Shown here: piece by piece, positions 1-12,896 of the stretch
How the letters are laid out: each line of letters starts with the position of its first letter
Numbering within the stretch: position 1 is the first letter of the stretch
Origin: Octopus vulgaris
Taxonomy: Eukaryota
DNA length: 64,000 nucleotides
NCBI GenBank assembly: GCA_951406725.2
Contig: OX597814.1
Span: forward strand, 115,630,001-115,694,000
Reading direction: 5' to 3'
Translations under genes and position numbers: made by a program
Notes under the pieces: generated by a model
Seen by the model: the letters and a program-made list of their open reading frames with translations, nothing else
What the model was told of the DNA's origin: nothing
Database searches by the model: none

Positions 1-314
1 GCTGGATGCCCTTCCTAACACCAACTAATTTATTACATGGTATATTGGGTGCGTTTTACGTAATACCAGCACCGGTACTTTTTATGTGGCACCAAAACTA
101 GTAAAATCACCAAGTAATTGACTGAGAGGGAGCATAGTACTGAGGGAGGTGGCTTTGTGCCAGTTGAGAAGTTGAAGTGTAATATGGGAATAGAGATAGG
201 TGTCTTGCTATTGAGGATACTTGGCTACTTCAGTTGGAAATTAACAGTTTTAGAGCCATAAGCAAGTACTGTGTGGTAAATAATCAGATTATAAGTAACC
301 ATTCTCATATTAAC

Positions 315-782
315 CCATCATCATCCATCATTTTGCATCCAGGTTTTGTCCCCGTAAACAGGGGTGGCCGGATCTACCTCAATGCCATTGCAACAGCCCT
401 CACACCATCTTGCTCAGTTCTGGGCATTCTCCCTACTCAAGCCAACCCTCCCAATCTCCCCCTCCACATTTTCCTCGGTCTACCTTGCTTTCACTGTCCT
501 TTTACCTGAAACTCTAGCAGCCTCTTCAGAACATGCACCTCATCCCTCCTCAACACATGCCCATACTACTGCACTCCATTTGCCCTTGTCAGCCATTCCA
601 CTGATTCCTCCAACCCCAGTATCCCCATCGAGTCCTCAGTCCTCCTCTTATCAAACAGCCTCACGCCACACATTTCTCTCACCATTGTTCTCTCAGTCCT
701 TCTCAAAATTGCCATCTCTCTCTCTCTCTCAAACACCATGTCTCACTCTCATACAACTCCTATAGACCTTTCCTATCATCTT
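315..782 (-). mobile_element. Decayed RTE LINE C-terminal fragment (different subfamily)
   Basis: Minus-strand translation gives YESETWCLREREMAILRRTERTMVREMCGV...YGHVLRRDE...GRPRKMW. Confidence 0.75.
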
Positions 783-1067
783 CAATAAATAACCATTTTG
801 AACAGAGGCACAAGGCCAGAAACTTAGAGGGAATGGAAAATGTACATTATATCAACCTCAGTATCTGGCTGTACATTATTTTGTTGATCCCAAAAGGATA
901 AAAGGCAGAGCTGACTGTGGGAAGAATTGAAGTCAAACTGTAAAAGGGCCAGAGAAAATGCCACATGCCATTTTGCTAGACACACTAACTAACTTGTCAT
1001 TCCATAACCAGTCAATAAACAAGGTTGATAAAATATAAATAAATTAAATGAATCAGGTTTCTATTAA

Positions 1068-1287
1068 CTCTTTAGTGTTTAAATTACTCTGCCAAATGTA
1101 AAGCTTATTCATTCATATTGTTTTGAATTAATCATGTATTATCTCATAGCTTTGAGATTTTGATGATGTTATTGTCTATTTTTAGAATGGCATTGTAGGG
1201 TAGGTGTGAGAGGTTAGATCAGGTCAGTCTGAACTTAAGACAGGAGGTATATCCGGGCTGGATATAACCGGTCTAAATGCTAAAGAG
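1068..1287. mobile_element. piggyBac MITE family B (ccctttagcatt...aatgctaaaggg)
   Basis: TTAA-like flanks and short TIRs. Other copies at 10128-10677, 13388-13733, 29450-29815 and 54414-54613. Confidence 0.75.
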
Positions 1288-1549
1288 TTATGGAAAAATG
1301 GAGAAAATTTACATAATTGCAGTTACATTAATTCCATTTATCATTATCACTTTGTAGCTAAATATATGAAGCTATATGGTTGCTTGATTTACAAGAAATG
1401 GCAGCTAAACCTCCTCAAATTACAACGGTCTCAAAAGTGGAAGACATCTGCATTTAGGATTTTGTAGCCCAGGGTACATTAGACCTTAAATAACAATAGG
1501 GACAGACTTGGTTTTATTACATACCAGATGCCTACATAATAGTTTTGTA

Positions 1550-1584
<35 letters not shown>

Positions 1585-1783
1585 TGTGCGTGCATGTATA
1601 TATAGTTTTTTTTCTATTAAAACTGAAGCTGAAAGCTTGTCTGACAACTCAAGTTTCAAGCTATTGTGATCTTTAGGCAAAGATCAAGTCACAAGACAAG
1701 CTCTCAGCTTCAGTTTGCATAAAAAACAAACAATATCCTATACAAGTGTTGAGCACTCTTTCCCATTTGTCCAACCTTTATAC

Positions 1784-2172
1784 ATCATCATCATCATTTA
1801 ACGTCCGTTTTCCATGCTAGCATGGGTTGGACAGTTCGACCAGGGTCTGGGAAGCCAGGTGGCTGCACCAGGCTCCAGTCTGATCTGGCAGTGTTTCTAC
1901 AGCTGGATGCCCTTCCTTATGCCAACCACTCTGTGAGTGTAGTGGGTGCTTTTTACGTGCCACCAGCACAGGTGCCAGGGGAGGCTGGCAACGGCCACGA
2001 TCAGTTGGTGCTTTTTATGTGCCACCAGCACAGAAGCCAGTCAAGGCGGCGCTGGCATCAGCCACATTCGGATGGTGCTTTTTACATGCCACTGGCATGG
2101 GTATCACAACTACAATTTCCATTTGATTTTTATTTTGATGTACTTGACTCAATAGGTCTCCTCAAGCACGAT
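1784..2172 (-). mobile_element. Representative solo 3' end of the RTE LINE (very abundant)
   Basis: Same sequence as the LINE 3'UTR with (GAT)n tail. Other copies at ~4883-5175, 8870-9127, 11106-11520, 16167-16460, 16650-17063, 18130-18553, 45380-45735, 49420-49902, 53510-53850, 60357-61000 and 61365-61712. Confidence 0.85.
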
Positions 2173-2202
2173 ATAAATAAACATGCTATGTTGTATGTGT
2201 TA

Positions 2203-2260
<58 letters not shown>

Positions 2261-3101
2261 GTTAGATGTACAAGATATTGTATTTTCCATTTCCTCTATT
2301 AATAGAAAATATATTACTTTCCAGAAGTAGCTGAAGTGTGATAATGGATCAGTAACCTGCCAAGCATTCAAACTTCATCCAAGGCCTGTGTTCAGCTCAA
2401 GTTGCTTGATTTTAGCTTACTTACAAAACAGCTGACACCTTTTTTGTTTAAGTGCTTAATCCAGCTGCAGAAATAATGCTAACTATAAAAACATGAAAAT
2501 AGATATGCACAACCATTTTACCCAAAATAGTATGAAGAAAAAAAATCCCCCCTAACCAAAGCCTATAATATCATAAAGCATGTCCAACACCAAGCCCTTG
2601 CAAAAAAAAAAAATGTTCCCAACAGATGATGTAAAAAACAATTCAGATGGTTACAAATGATTTCAATGAAGCAATGAGATCCATTTTAGTTTGAAAGTAT
2701 GATAATCAAATCAACACCAGTATGGTTTTGGTATAAAATGAGACTTCACTCTTGACAGAATTTGAACGGAGAATGATAATACAGTAAACAGGATGCCCTC
2801 AGAAACCCCATTTAACCTTTGTATGGTTTATGTCATCTCCATCACTTCAGTTCAGTTTTTCTTACTATCTGTGCCTAGGACAAATGTAATACAATTTTTT
2901 ATTACTTATTTGATGGGTCTCAGGAAATGGGTTGTGTTCATAGCCTTCACAGAGATTGAAGTGGTCAATATTTCTCTTGAACAGCTAGGTGATATTTGCA
3001 AAAAAAATATGTGCAGGTCAGGAATTCCAGAGAGCCAAAATTCAGTGGAAGAAGGATTGGAGGTAATTATTAATGCTAGTCTATGGGTAGACATAATATG
3101 G

Positions 3102-3138
<37 letters not shown>

Positions 3139-3142
<4 letters not shown>

Positions 3143-3965
3143 AAGTGGAGTTGTGGGGTACCGCATAAGTGGAATTATATACGAAAGAAGGTTTAAAAAT
3201 GCAATTTTAAAAGATGTTTATTTACTTTACCAGTTTCACTCTTTGGAAAAAGATTGTCAAAAGTAACATGTAGAAGTTTGGTTGCGTTAATTATTGGTTG
3301 TTACAAAATGTTACATTTCATATATACAGTCTTTGGTAACAAGGACATGTTAAGGACATAAAAAAGTTTAACAAGTTCCTTAAAATATTGGGCACAAAAG
3401 ATTACAACATAAATAATCATTCTAAAGAACATGTTAAAGATAGTTTCCAGAAGAAATTATTAAAAAGTTCAGTGGGATATTGGTATTGTATCTGTATATT
3501 CAAACACGCACAGAATATTGGTTGACAGAGTACTACAATACATATATATACATTCTTTGGTGACAAGAGCATGTTAAGAACATAAAAAAGTTTAACAAGT
3601 TCATTGAAATATTGGGCACAAAAGATTACAACAAATATATTATACATTCTCAAGATAATTTCCAGAAGGAATTATTAAAAAGTTCAGTGGAATATTGGTA
3701 TACACGCACAGAATATTATGAGTTCATAAAGGTTTACATTATAATAGTAGGGAAGCTAAAACTGACCTGTCCACCATGTTAATGTAAAAGAATATGTCCT
3801 TTTACCAAAGACTGTATATATGAAATGTAGCATTTTGTAATAACCAATAATTAACACAACCAAACTTCTACATGTTACTTTTGACAATCTTTTTCCAAAG
3901 AGTGAAACAGGTAAAGTAAATAAACATCTTTTAAAATTGCATTTTCAAACCTTCTTTCGTATATA
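3139..3965. mobile_element. Penelope-like element remnant: ~175 bp inverted arms with internal tandem duplication, inside (TA)n
   Basis: 3177-3350 is the reverse complement of ~3792-3965. Internal direct repeats at ~3340-3520 and ~3560-3717. (TA)n on both sides; hammerhead-like motif in each arm; related to 62375-62510. Confidence 0.6.
3875..3919 (+). ncRNA. Hammerhead-like motif, second U3:A8 family
   Basis: ttactt-TTGACAA-tcttt/ttcc/aaaga-gt-GAAA-cagg-TA-aagtaa, with perfect 6-bp stem I and a 2-nt insertion before GAAA. Partner at 3222-3266 (-); another copy at 62377-62421 (+) has palindromic ccgg. Confidence 0.5.
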
Positions 3966-4407
3966 TATATGTATATATATATTATATATAATTATTTTAA
4001 GAGAGAAAGTCTAAACAAGACTTATCTCCTCCATACTGAATCAATGTTTGAGCATTACGAAGCTATCAAAAAGACCCCATAAATACATGCAATTGAAAGC
4101 GGGCTAGTGAGAGGATATTTGAAAAGACTCCACATTAATTGCAAATTAGCTAATTTCAAGATCAAAATCTTAAATAGATTTTCTTCTATCTTCAGTGCAA
4201 TACATGTAAAAAATATATACAAGCTAGTGTTTATACATACTCATAAGCAAGTTTGTACATCTATACACAAAACACTTGCAAGTATAGATTCGAAAAAGTC
4301 CTGTTAAAATCCTCATACAGCGACCATATGTATTTATATAAAAAAAAGGACTTGAAGAGGAGTAAAAATATTATACTAATATTTTATGCAATTTTTATCC
4401 TATTTTA

Positions 4408-4446
<39 letters not shown>

Positions 4447-4509
4447 GATTATTTGGTAAGTCGTGCTGATGTTACACTTCTGTAAATAATATCTTATAAG
4501 CTTAAAGCT

Positions 4510-4705
4510 TATAAGCCATCACCATGCATTGACTAAGGTAAATAGTTTAATATTGGAGTATATAAGCCCTCAAAGGTAAAAAGTAGGGTTTGCCATGTCC
4601 CAAGTGTACAGCAAACCCTACATTTTTCTGTCGAGAGGGCTTGTATGCTCCAATATTAGACTATTTACTTTAGTCACTTAGTCAATGGACGGGTGATCGC
4701 TTATA
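4510..4705. repeat. ~195 bp foldback palindrome (MITE-like)
   Basis: gactaaggtaaatagtttaatattggagtatataagccctc pairs with gagggcttgtatgctccaatattagactatttactttagtc. Outer arms tataagccatcacc/ggtgatcgcttata. Confidence 0.75.
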
Positions 4706-5821
4706 AAATATTGTAATTATCTTATATATATATATATATATCTTATATTATACCTGCTAACTCTGAAGCCTAATATGCATCCCTAACTCCAGCTGAGGCT
4801 CAGCTAGAGCTGTGAACTTGGAACCTAATGGACGACCAATTATAGCACTATTTGTTTAGATTATACCTATTTGTTTAGATTACCAGGCCTCACAGAGGCA
4901 AAGTGACTGAGTTCCTTTCGAGTGTTGGGCCTCACAGAGGCAATGACTGAGACCATTGGCATTATATTGTGCCTGAGAAGACTCATCAAGCCCATCAAGC
5001 CAGTGCATGTAAAAGCACCCATTACACTTGAGTGGTTGGCATTAGGAAAGGCATCCAGCTGCAGAAAACTGCACCAAATCAGACTGGAGTCTAGCACAGT
5101 CTTCCAACTTACCAGCCCCAGCCAAACAGTCCAACCCATACCAGCATGGACAATGGACGTTAAATGATGATGATGATTATGGTGACTGTATCTTTATGCA
5201 GTTGAAGGAAGTAATATTGGTACATTACTCTTGAAGAATGATTTTGAGGTCTCTGTTCATAAAATTGGGGCAGGTTTGGAGTGAAGTAATCTAGGTTGAT
5301 TGTAGGCATGGGAGTAGGCACCAATGAAGTTAACACAAAATAGATTACTGATGTAGAAGAGAAAAAGTATAGGAAATGGAACTGAAGTTAGAAGCACACC
5401 ACTGTAGATAGAATGTGGTTCAGAAAGTATTTCATTAGTGCATACCATAACGGTGAGATCCAATTGAAAAGCCTAACATCACAATACTAATAGACTGCAT
5501 CTAATTACAAACTGAAATATTTTAAACAGAGGTGTAAGTTTCAGGATCAAATGTTCTTGGAGAGAACCAGATAATAAGCATGTTAAATATTCCCTTTTTA
5601 GTCGTCTCCATTAGCAACAACTTCAATAATAAATTAAAATGTAACCAAATCAGAAACAGGAGTGACTGTGTGGTAAGCAGCCTGCTTACCAACTCCATGG
5701 TTCCAGGTTCAGTCCCACTGTGAGGCACCCTAGGCAAGTGTCTTCTACTAATAGCCTCGGGCCGACCAAAGCCTTGTGAGTGGATTTGGTAAACAGAAAC
5801 TGAAAGAGGCTCGTCAAGTGT

Positions 5822-5881
<60 letters not shown>

Positions 5882-6553
5882 TCGTTTAAAGTCTGTTTTC
5901 CATGCAGGCATGGGTTGGATGGTTGGAGTGGGGACTGGCAAGCCATGAGGCCACACCAGGCTCCAATCTGATCTGACACTGTTTCTACACCAGCGTTGGT
6001 TGTCAAGTGATGGTGGGTGGGAGGACAATGTTTCTATAGCTGGATGCCCTATCTAACGCCAACCACTCCGAGTGTAGTGGGTGCTTTTTTTGTGCCCACT
6101 ACACTCTCAGAGTGGTTTGCGTTAGGAAGGGCATCCAGCTGTAGAAACATTGTAACCCCCACCCACCATCACTTGACAACCAACGCTGGTGTTTACATCC
6201 CTGTAACTTAGCAGTTCAGAAAAACGGACAGATAGAATAAGTACTAGACTTAAAAAGAATAAATCCTAGGGTAGATTTGTTCGACCAAAGGTGGTGCTCC
6301 AGCATGGCCACAGTCTAATGACTGAAACAAATAAAAGAACCACAAAAAAAAAAAAAAAAAGAAAAAAGAATACTAATCATAAATTGATGGTAGACAAATG
6401 AAATCTAGATTGACAAATACTGAGGGTTGATACAAATGGGAAATTATGCAGAACCTTCCAACTCTTTACACTAGAACATAAGAAACATGGGTAAAGATAA
6501 TTAAATAAAACGAGGAGAGTGAAGAAACTAATTGAAAAACTTAATGAACTTAC

Positions 6554-7177
6554 TGTGTATGAATTAATGTTCTTCAACTTGATATCTTCTTGTGACCAAA
6601 TCCGAGACAAGTCTTTACTAGTAACAGATGGGCGTATACCGGCCCCGTTTGTTAGGTTAGCATTCATAACATTGTTCATCTGGTTTGGTTTTGTCATGTT
6701 AGCCATTTGTGTTTTATTGACAGTAGTAGTCTGAGGACTAGGAGTTGTCACTGTCGTTTGCGTCACGTTCTTCACAACGTTTGAAACGCTCGGCTTTATT
6801 TTATTTGATGTTATTGTGTTCACTTTGACATTGCTGCCCGTCAGCCCAAGCTGACTGAGGATTTGTAATGGTTTCCCGGAGTTAACCTCGGTGAGCAATG
6901 GACTGTTGCGCCCAGTGCTACTTGTTGTAGTGATGTAGATCTTCTGTCCAGCAAACGAGTTTGGTAAACCACTTTGCGAACCAACATTTTTAGGAGTTAG
7001 TGAGATTATTTTGCTGCCAGTCTGACTGATTGCGGTATTCTGAATGTAAGAATTATTAGCTCCAGTGATTTGCAATACTTGGCTATTCCCACCAGACGAC
7101 TTAACAACACGAATAACCTGAGAATTAGAGTTTGTAAGGCTGTGATTGGTTGGCTGTAAAACTACACGTGGTCTTAT
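6554..7177 (-). CDS. SBNO1: Strawberry notch homolog large low-complexity exon (IRPRVVLQ...SKDLSRIWSQEDIKLKNINSYT)
   Basis: 624 nt open frame (track ORF 6377-7075), cttcgtttcag acceptor and gtaagt donor, phase 0/0. SKDLSRIWSQEDIKLK resembles recalled SBNO1 NKEGARMWINDMKMR. The helicase-like core must lie beyond position 1. Confidence 0.88.
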
Positions 7178-8635
7178 CTGAAACGAAGTAAAACAAAAAT
7201 AATGTGTTATGTCTTTTGAATTGTGCGAAAAGCATCACCCATTGGTGAAATTTCTTAGCAAGTCAAGACAAATTAATAGAACAATGTTTCAATCAATCAA
7301 TAAATAAATATCATTAATTTTTTTAAATATTTAATTCATAATTGTATTTTGTTGTCTAATTATTAGATTGTGCATTAAATATTTTATTCACTCTCAGACT
7401 TATCTTTGCATTTTTAAAATTCTAAATGACCACAAAGTTGTTTTTTTATAACTTGTCATCCCCTGTAATCTGTTTTATATATATTTATTGTTTAGCATAT
7501 GTGTGTGAGAGAGGAAGAGAGACAGACACACATTATAATTCTACATCTGTTTTCCATGCTAGCATGGGTCAGCCAGGTTGCCAAGTCAATTTTTATTCAG
7601 CATCACTGTCCTCCTAGACAGGTTAGATAGAAAGCCATGTTTCATTCGGATGTCTCATTTTGGTGATATCCTTACATATACACACATGCAGTGCAGTGTG
7701 TGCATAATGCAAGGATACTAACATCAAAAATTATAATTCTAACTCCAGACTATTTTCGGAATCATATAATAGATAGCATGGAAAACAGACATTAAATGAT
7801 GATGATGAGGAGGATTTCTCAAAGAAAAAAAAAGGAGAATGAGAATTCAGAAAACAATTACATGAAAAAGTCTTTCAATAGTCAGTATCAATATATTTGA
7901 AAAGTAATACAAGACAGTCAGCTTTTGAACAAGTTTACCAACAACAGTGTTTTTCTGAAAATCATTTTTGCAGCATTTTTGGTTATTGTGATATTATATG
8001 TTGAAAGCTGAAACAAATTATGGAAGATTCATTTTTGCCATCTAAAAACACCAAAATATGACTCAATTTTCACTTTTACATTAATTTCTATCACTACTGA
8101 CACAGCCTACATAGCAATCATTATCATTTTTAACATCCACTTTTCCATGCTTACATGAATCAGATGAAGCTGACTGGAGGCAGATTTTCTGTGGCCGGAT
8201 GCCCTTCCTGGTGCTAATCCTCAACTGTTTCCAATCAAGGTGATATGTCCCCTATGGCCAGACAGGTTCTCTAAGAACATTGGAAATGAAAGAGATTGCT
8301 TGTATGACTGAAGCTAATCTACAACTATCACACAATGCCAAAACAAGGACGGACACGCACATAGGCTTCTTCCATTTCCATTTACCAAATCTACTCAGGT
8401 GGCTTTCATTGACCCAGGGCTAGTGTAGAAGACACCTGCCCAAGGAACCACACAGGAACTGAACCTAGACACCTCAAAAAATAACTGGAAATGGAATTTA
8501 AAAGATTCTATGTTTTTTAGATGGCTAAAATGGCTCTACTTCTACATAACTGCTTCACTTTATACACAATAGTCTCTACTAAAACAAAATCGAAGAGAGA
8601 AGGAACAAATACAGTAAAATCCAAACAATACTTAC

Positions 8636-8755
8636 TTGATTGGATGCTATTATTTTTGGTTGAGGTATCGTCACTGGCGCTTGTGTCGTGACTGATGAAT
8701 AGATATTACTCTGACTTCCATCAATGTAACCATTTACAGCAGTTGCAACAGGTTG
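8636..8755 (-). CDS. SBNO1: Strawberry notch homolog exon (QPVATAVNGYIDGSQSNIYSSVTTQAPVTIPQPKIIASNQ)
   Basis: 120 nt, tattttatag acceptor and gtaagt donor, phase 0/0, open frame. QPVATA..NG resembles recalled human SBNO1 QPVATAATDVSNG. Confidence 0.85.
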
Positions 8756-10015
8756 CTATAAAATACAGAAAAAGCATTTCAGTTTAAGGTATCTAAAATA
8801 TTACAGAAGTGGGTGGCATTCTAAATATGACAGGGAATATAGTTCAATATATAGCTTTCATTTTTTATTTGTTCGATGCCAGTGCTGCCTGACTGGCACA
8901 TAAAAAGCACCAGTCAAGTGTGGTCAATCCCAGTGCCGCTAGAGGGCTCCCGTGCTGGTGGCACATTAAAAAGCACCCACCACACTCTCGGAATGGTTGG
9001 CATTAGGAAGGGCATCCAGATGTAGAAACACTGCCAGATTAGCTTGGAGCCTGGCACAACCTCCTGGCTCGCCAGCCCTCAGTCAAACCGTCCAGTAATG
9101 GAAATGCAGACATTAAACGATGATGATTCATTGGACCGGGACCATGCTGGAGCATTGCCATGAAGGACTTAATCAAACAAATTGACCCCAGGACATCATT
9201 TCTATTTTTTTAAAGTCTGGTACTTATTCTACCAGTCTCTTTTATTGTAGTGCTAAGTTATAGGAATAAACACACACCCACAAGCTTCCTCAGTTTCCAT
9301 CAATGAAATTCACTCACAAACCACTGGTCTGCCTTGAGTTATAGTAAAAGGCATTTGCCCAAGATGTTGCACAATGGAATTGAACCCAAAACCACATTGT
9401 TGCAGTCAAGTAAGCTTCTTAACCACACAGCCATGCCTGCCAAAAACTTATCAATACATGTTTTCTAACATGTTCTTCATAGTGATATAGCTTTACAGAC
9501 TATTTCCTCATTTTAGATGTGCCATGGACAGTATTCTGGTAAGTACAGTTACCAGTTGTCTTCAGGTGAAATGAAGGTCACAGTTCTCAGACTAATTCGG
9601 GAATATCACCTGGGAAGACATGGCTCAGGACATAGGTTTGGCATTGTTTAAAAAGTTCATTTGAAAACGTGATTTCATGTTCAATCCAACAAGGCCAGAC
9701 AAGATTTCCCAGAAGATTAGAAATGAATGACACTTCTTGTACAACTGCAAAACCGGTTTACAACTATCACACAATGTCAAGGCAAAGATACACAGTGTCA
9801 AGGCAAGTACACACACATACACAATAGGCTTTCAGTTTCCATCTACTAAATCGATTCACATGGCTTTGATTGAGCCGGGGCTACACTAAGACACTTGCCA
9901 AAGGTGCCATGCAGTGGGACTGAACTCAAAATCACATGGTTGAGAAGTGAAATTTTTAATCTCACAATTATGTGTGTACCCCCAGATGAATATATACTCT
10001 TTCTTTTATGTAGAC

Positions 10016-10770
10016 CAGTGGTTCTCAACCATGGTCTATATGGCTCTTGGAGGTCTATACAAGATTTTGTTAAAATTTGTGTAATATACAAAATATCCTT
10101 ATTTTTTATGCAATTCCTAATATTTAACCCTTTAGCATTTAAACTGGCCAAATCCAGCCCAAATGTTCTACCTGCTTTATGTTGAAACTGGCCAGATCCA
10201 GCCTCTCTCACCTACACTACAAGGTTACTCTGAAAATATGATCACATCTTCAAAATCTTGAAGCTACAAGATGATACATGATTAATTTTTTTAAATGTGG
10301 ATAATTATCATCATCATCATTCAACGTCCGTTGTCCATCCTTGCATGGGTTGGACAGTTTGATTGGGATGACATGTTTGAAGGCTGCAACAGACCCCAGT
10401 CTGATTTGGCATGGTTTTCTACAGCTTGATGCCCTTCCTAATGCCAACCACTCTGAGAGTGTAATGGGTGCTTTTACATGCCACTGGTACAGGTGCCATT
10501 TGCATGACACCCAGGTTTCGTTTACATGCCACTGACACTGGTGCCAATTTGTGTGACACCGGTATTTCCCATGGCTGTGATTTTGCTCAGCTTGATGGGT
10601 CTTCTCAAGCATGACATAATGCCAAAGGTCTCAGTCATTGCCTTACATTTGATAAATTAATCTGAATGCTAAAAGGGTTGATTATAAAAATATAATTGGT
10701 TATGAAGGTCCAGCTGAGTAATATAGGAACCAAAGGGGTCCATAGGTTAAAAATGGTTTAAGGACCACTG
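10016..10770. mobile_element. hAT-type MITE hosting a piggyBac MITE that hosts a LINE tail
   Basis: TIR cagtggttctcaacc/ggtttaaggaccactg, 8-bp TSD atgtagac/atgtagat. Related copy at ~15298-15545. Confidence 0.75.
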
Positions 10771-11869
10771 ATGTAGATGAAATACATGCATCATTATTGC
10801 ACTACAATGCAAGAACACACTGCAATAACAACCATTATGAAAATTCTGAAAACAAGTACTTTTATCATATATAAGATTGGACTTAGAAAAACAAAATCAG
10901 ATAATGAAACAGATGCTTGCAACAACACAAAACAGCTCATCCCCAAAAGTTCAATACAGAGTATAGTATTAACTCTTTCCCATACATGCGAGTTTACCAA
11001 TTATTAAACTCAGCGGCAACGAGCACAAAATTGTCTTTCTTGGGCTGACTACCTGATAGTAGTAATATCACATAACTTTGTGATAGAATCTATAGACTTT
11101 GGATATCATCATCATTGTTTAACATCCATTTTCCATGCTGGTATGGGTTGGACAGTTTGACTGAGGTCTGGAGAGCCAGCAGCTGCACCAGGCTCCAATC
11201 TGATCTGGCAGTATTTCTACAGCTGAATGCCCTTCCAAATGCCAACCACTTTGAGAGTGTAGTGGGTGCTTTTTATGTGCCACCAGCACAGGAGTCAGGC
11301 AGGCAGGCCTGGCATCGATCACATTCAGATAGTGCTTTTTATGTGCCATCAGTATGGGAGCCAGTCAGGGGGTACTGGCATCAGCCAGGTTCAGATGGTG
11401 CCTTTTTCATGCCACCAGCACAGGGGCCAGTCAGACGATCCTAGCATTGATCGCATTTGGATAGTGCTTTCTATGTGCCACCGGCAACGGGAACCAGTCA
11501 GAGGGTACTGGCATTAGCCATTAACCAATATTAAAAAAGAAACTAAAATGAAAACATTCCAAAAATATTGAATTAAATAACTCATAACTGTAGAACTGGA
11601 AGCAGAGTTAAAATAATAGTATGTAAATATTGGGATGACAAATGATTTTGGATAGGAAAAGTCAAAAGATGCCCACTGGAACTTGAACCCATATCCTCTA
11701 CAAACAGGACAGACATTCTACCATTGGATTAAAGTAATCCTTTGAATGCATCTATTTTAGAAACTTTCTTCTTACTAATGAGAATTGTACATTGCTTATG
11801 TTGTGAGAATTTGGAAACTTTGAAAGATTGTGAAATAATCTGTTTTTAATGGTGTAGATAAAGCTTTAA

Positions 11870-12078
11870 CCCTTTCGTTACTGAAGATGCTCTGTGTTTC
11901 TTTCAATTACTTTAAATATAACAAAAGAATCTAGTAAAATAACTTAGTTATCATTAAGCTAGTGTTAGGAACATAAACTGGGACTAAGGTTTAGTGGAAG
12001 AGTTTAATTCAGAACTTTTGAAAACGACATTTGTACTCAGAGCCAAAGTTGGTTTCAGCCAAGTTGGTAACGAAAGGG
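11870..12078 (+). mobile_element. piggyBac MITE family A
   Basis: TTAA TSDs and the same TIR as the 30064 element. Decayed relatives at ~27635-27870, ~28170-28365, ~32885-33085 and 55042-55619. Confidence 0.85.
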
Positions 12079-12276
12079 TTAAATAATAGCAAGTAAGTAT
12101 TAAGTTGAAAATCCCCTTTGGACAAAGACCGTTTGTGGGATTTGAACCCACAACTTCTGTGAAGGTGACAGATGATTTACCATTGAACCAAAGTAATCCT
12201 TAAGCAGTAAAGTAATGCTTTTAGCAGAATAGACCTGATAGAAATATACTTAACACACACACACATTCATACTTAC

Positions 12277-12399
12277 AGTAACAGGCTGTACATCAACAAG
12301 GTTGTCATTCAGGGTAAACAAGTCATCAGATTCATCAAAAGCAGTAAGATCTCCAATTCCAGATTCATCCAAAGCAGCAGACAAAAGGTCTTTTGTAAC
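12277..12399 (-). CDS. SBNO1: Strawberry notch homolog exon (VTKDLLSAALDESGIGDLTAFDESDDLFTLNDNLVDVQPVT)
   Basis: 123 nt, ctatttaacag acceptor and gtaagt donor, phase 0/0. DLLSAALDESGI matches the recalled vertebrate SBNO1 N-terminal motif DLLLAALSESGI. Too short for the ORF track. Confidence 0.88.
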
Positions 12400-12591
12400 C
12401 TGTTAAATAGAAGTGGTTTAAACTATTAATTACAACAAGCAAAATCATACTATAACAATAATAAGGTACAGTTTATTAAAGCTAAGAAACAATTGAGGTT
12501 GGCAAAATTACAAAAAGTACTGCATTTGATTGTATAAAAGACACAGCCAAATTCCAGCAGTGCATACACAAACAAGTTTTTAGTGCATTAA

Positions 12592-12812
12592 CCCTTTCGT
12601 TACCGTATTTATTTTGAGATGCTCTGTGTTTCTTTCAATTGCTTTAAATATAACAAAGAATTTAGTAAAATAACTTAGTCATCATTAAACTAGTGTTAGG
12701 AACATCAATTGTGACTAAGGTTTGGTGGAAAATTTTAATTCAAAACTTATGAAAACAAGACATTTGTACTACAGAGCCACAGCCAGTTTCAGTCGGGTTG
12801 GTAACAAAAGGG
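12592..12812 (+). mobile_element. piggyBac MITE family A
   Basis: TTAA TSDs, TIR ccctttcgttacc/ggtaacaaaaggg, direct copy of 11870-12078. Confidence 0.85.
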
Positions 12813-12896
12813 TTAAAGCTTACAGGAGGCCCAACTTCATATGTAGGACCTGGGGCGAGGTTTTTAAGGCATTTTTCTTTAATTGCGTGTTTTATA

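Noticed and set aside
2793-3266. 157-aa ORF
   Set aside because: Runs through a (TA)n tract and a repeat arm; no recognisable protein, antisense to SBNO1.
11670-12200. Two tRNA-like sequences on the minus strand (~11670-11740, ~12128-12200)
   Set aside because: A/B-box-like motifs are present but there is no convincing cloverleaf; likely decayed tRNA-derived SINE heads, not tRNA genes.
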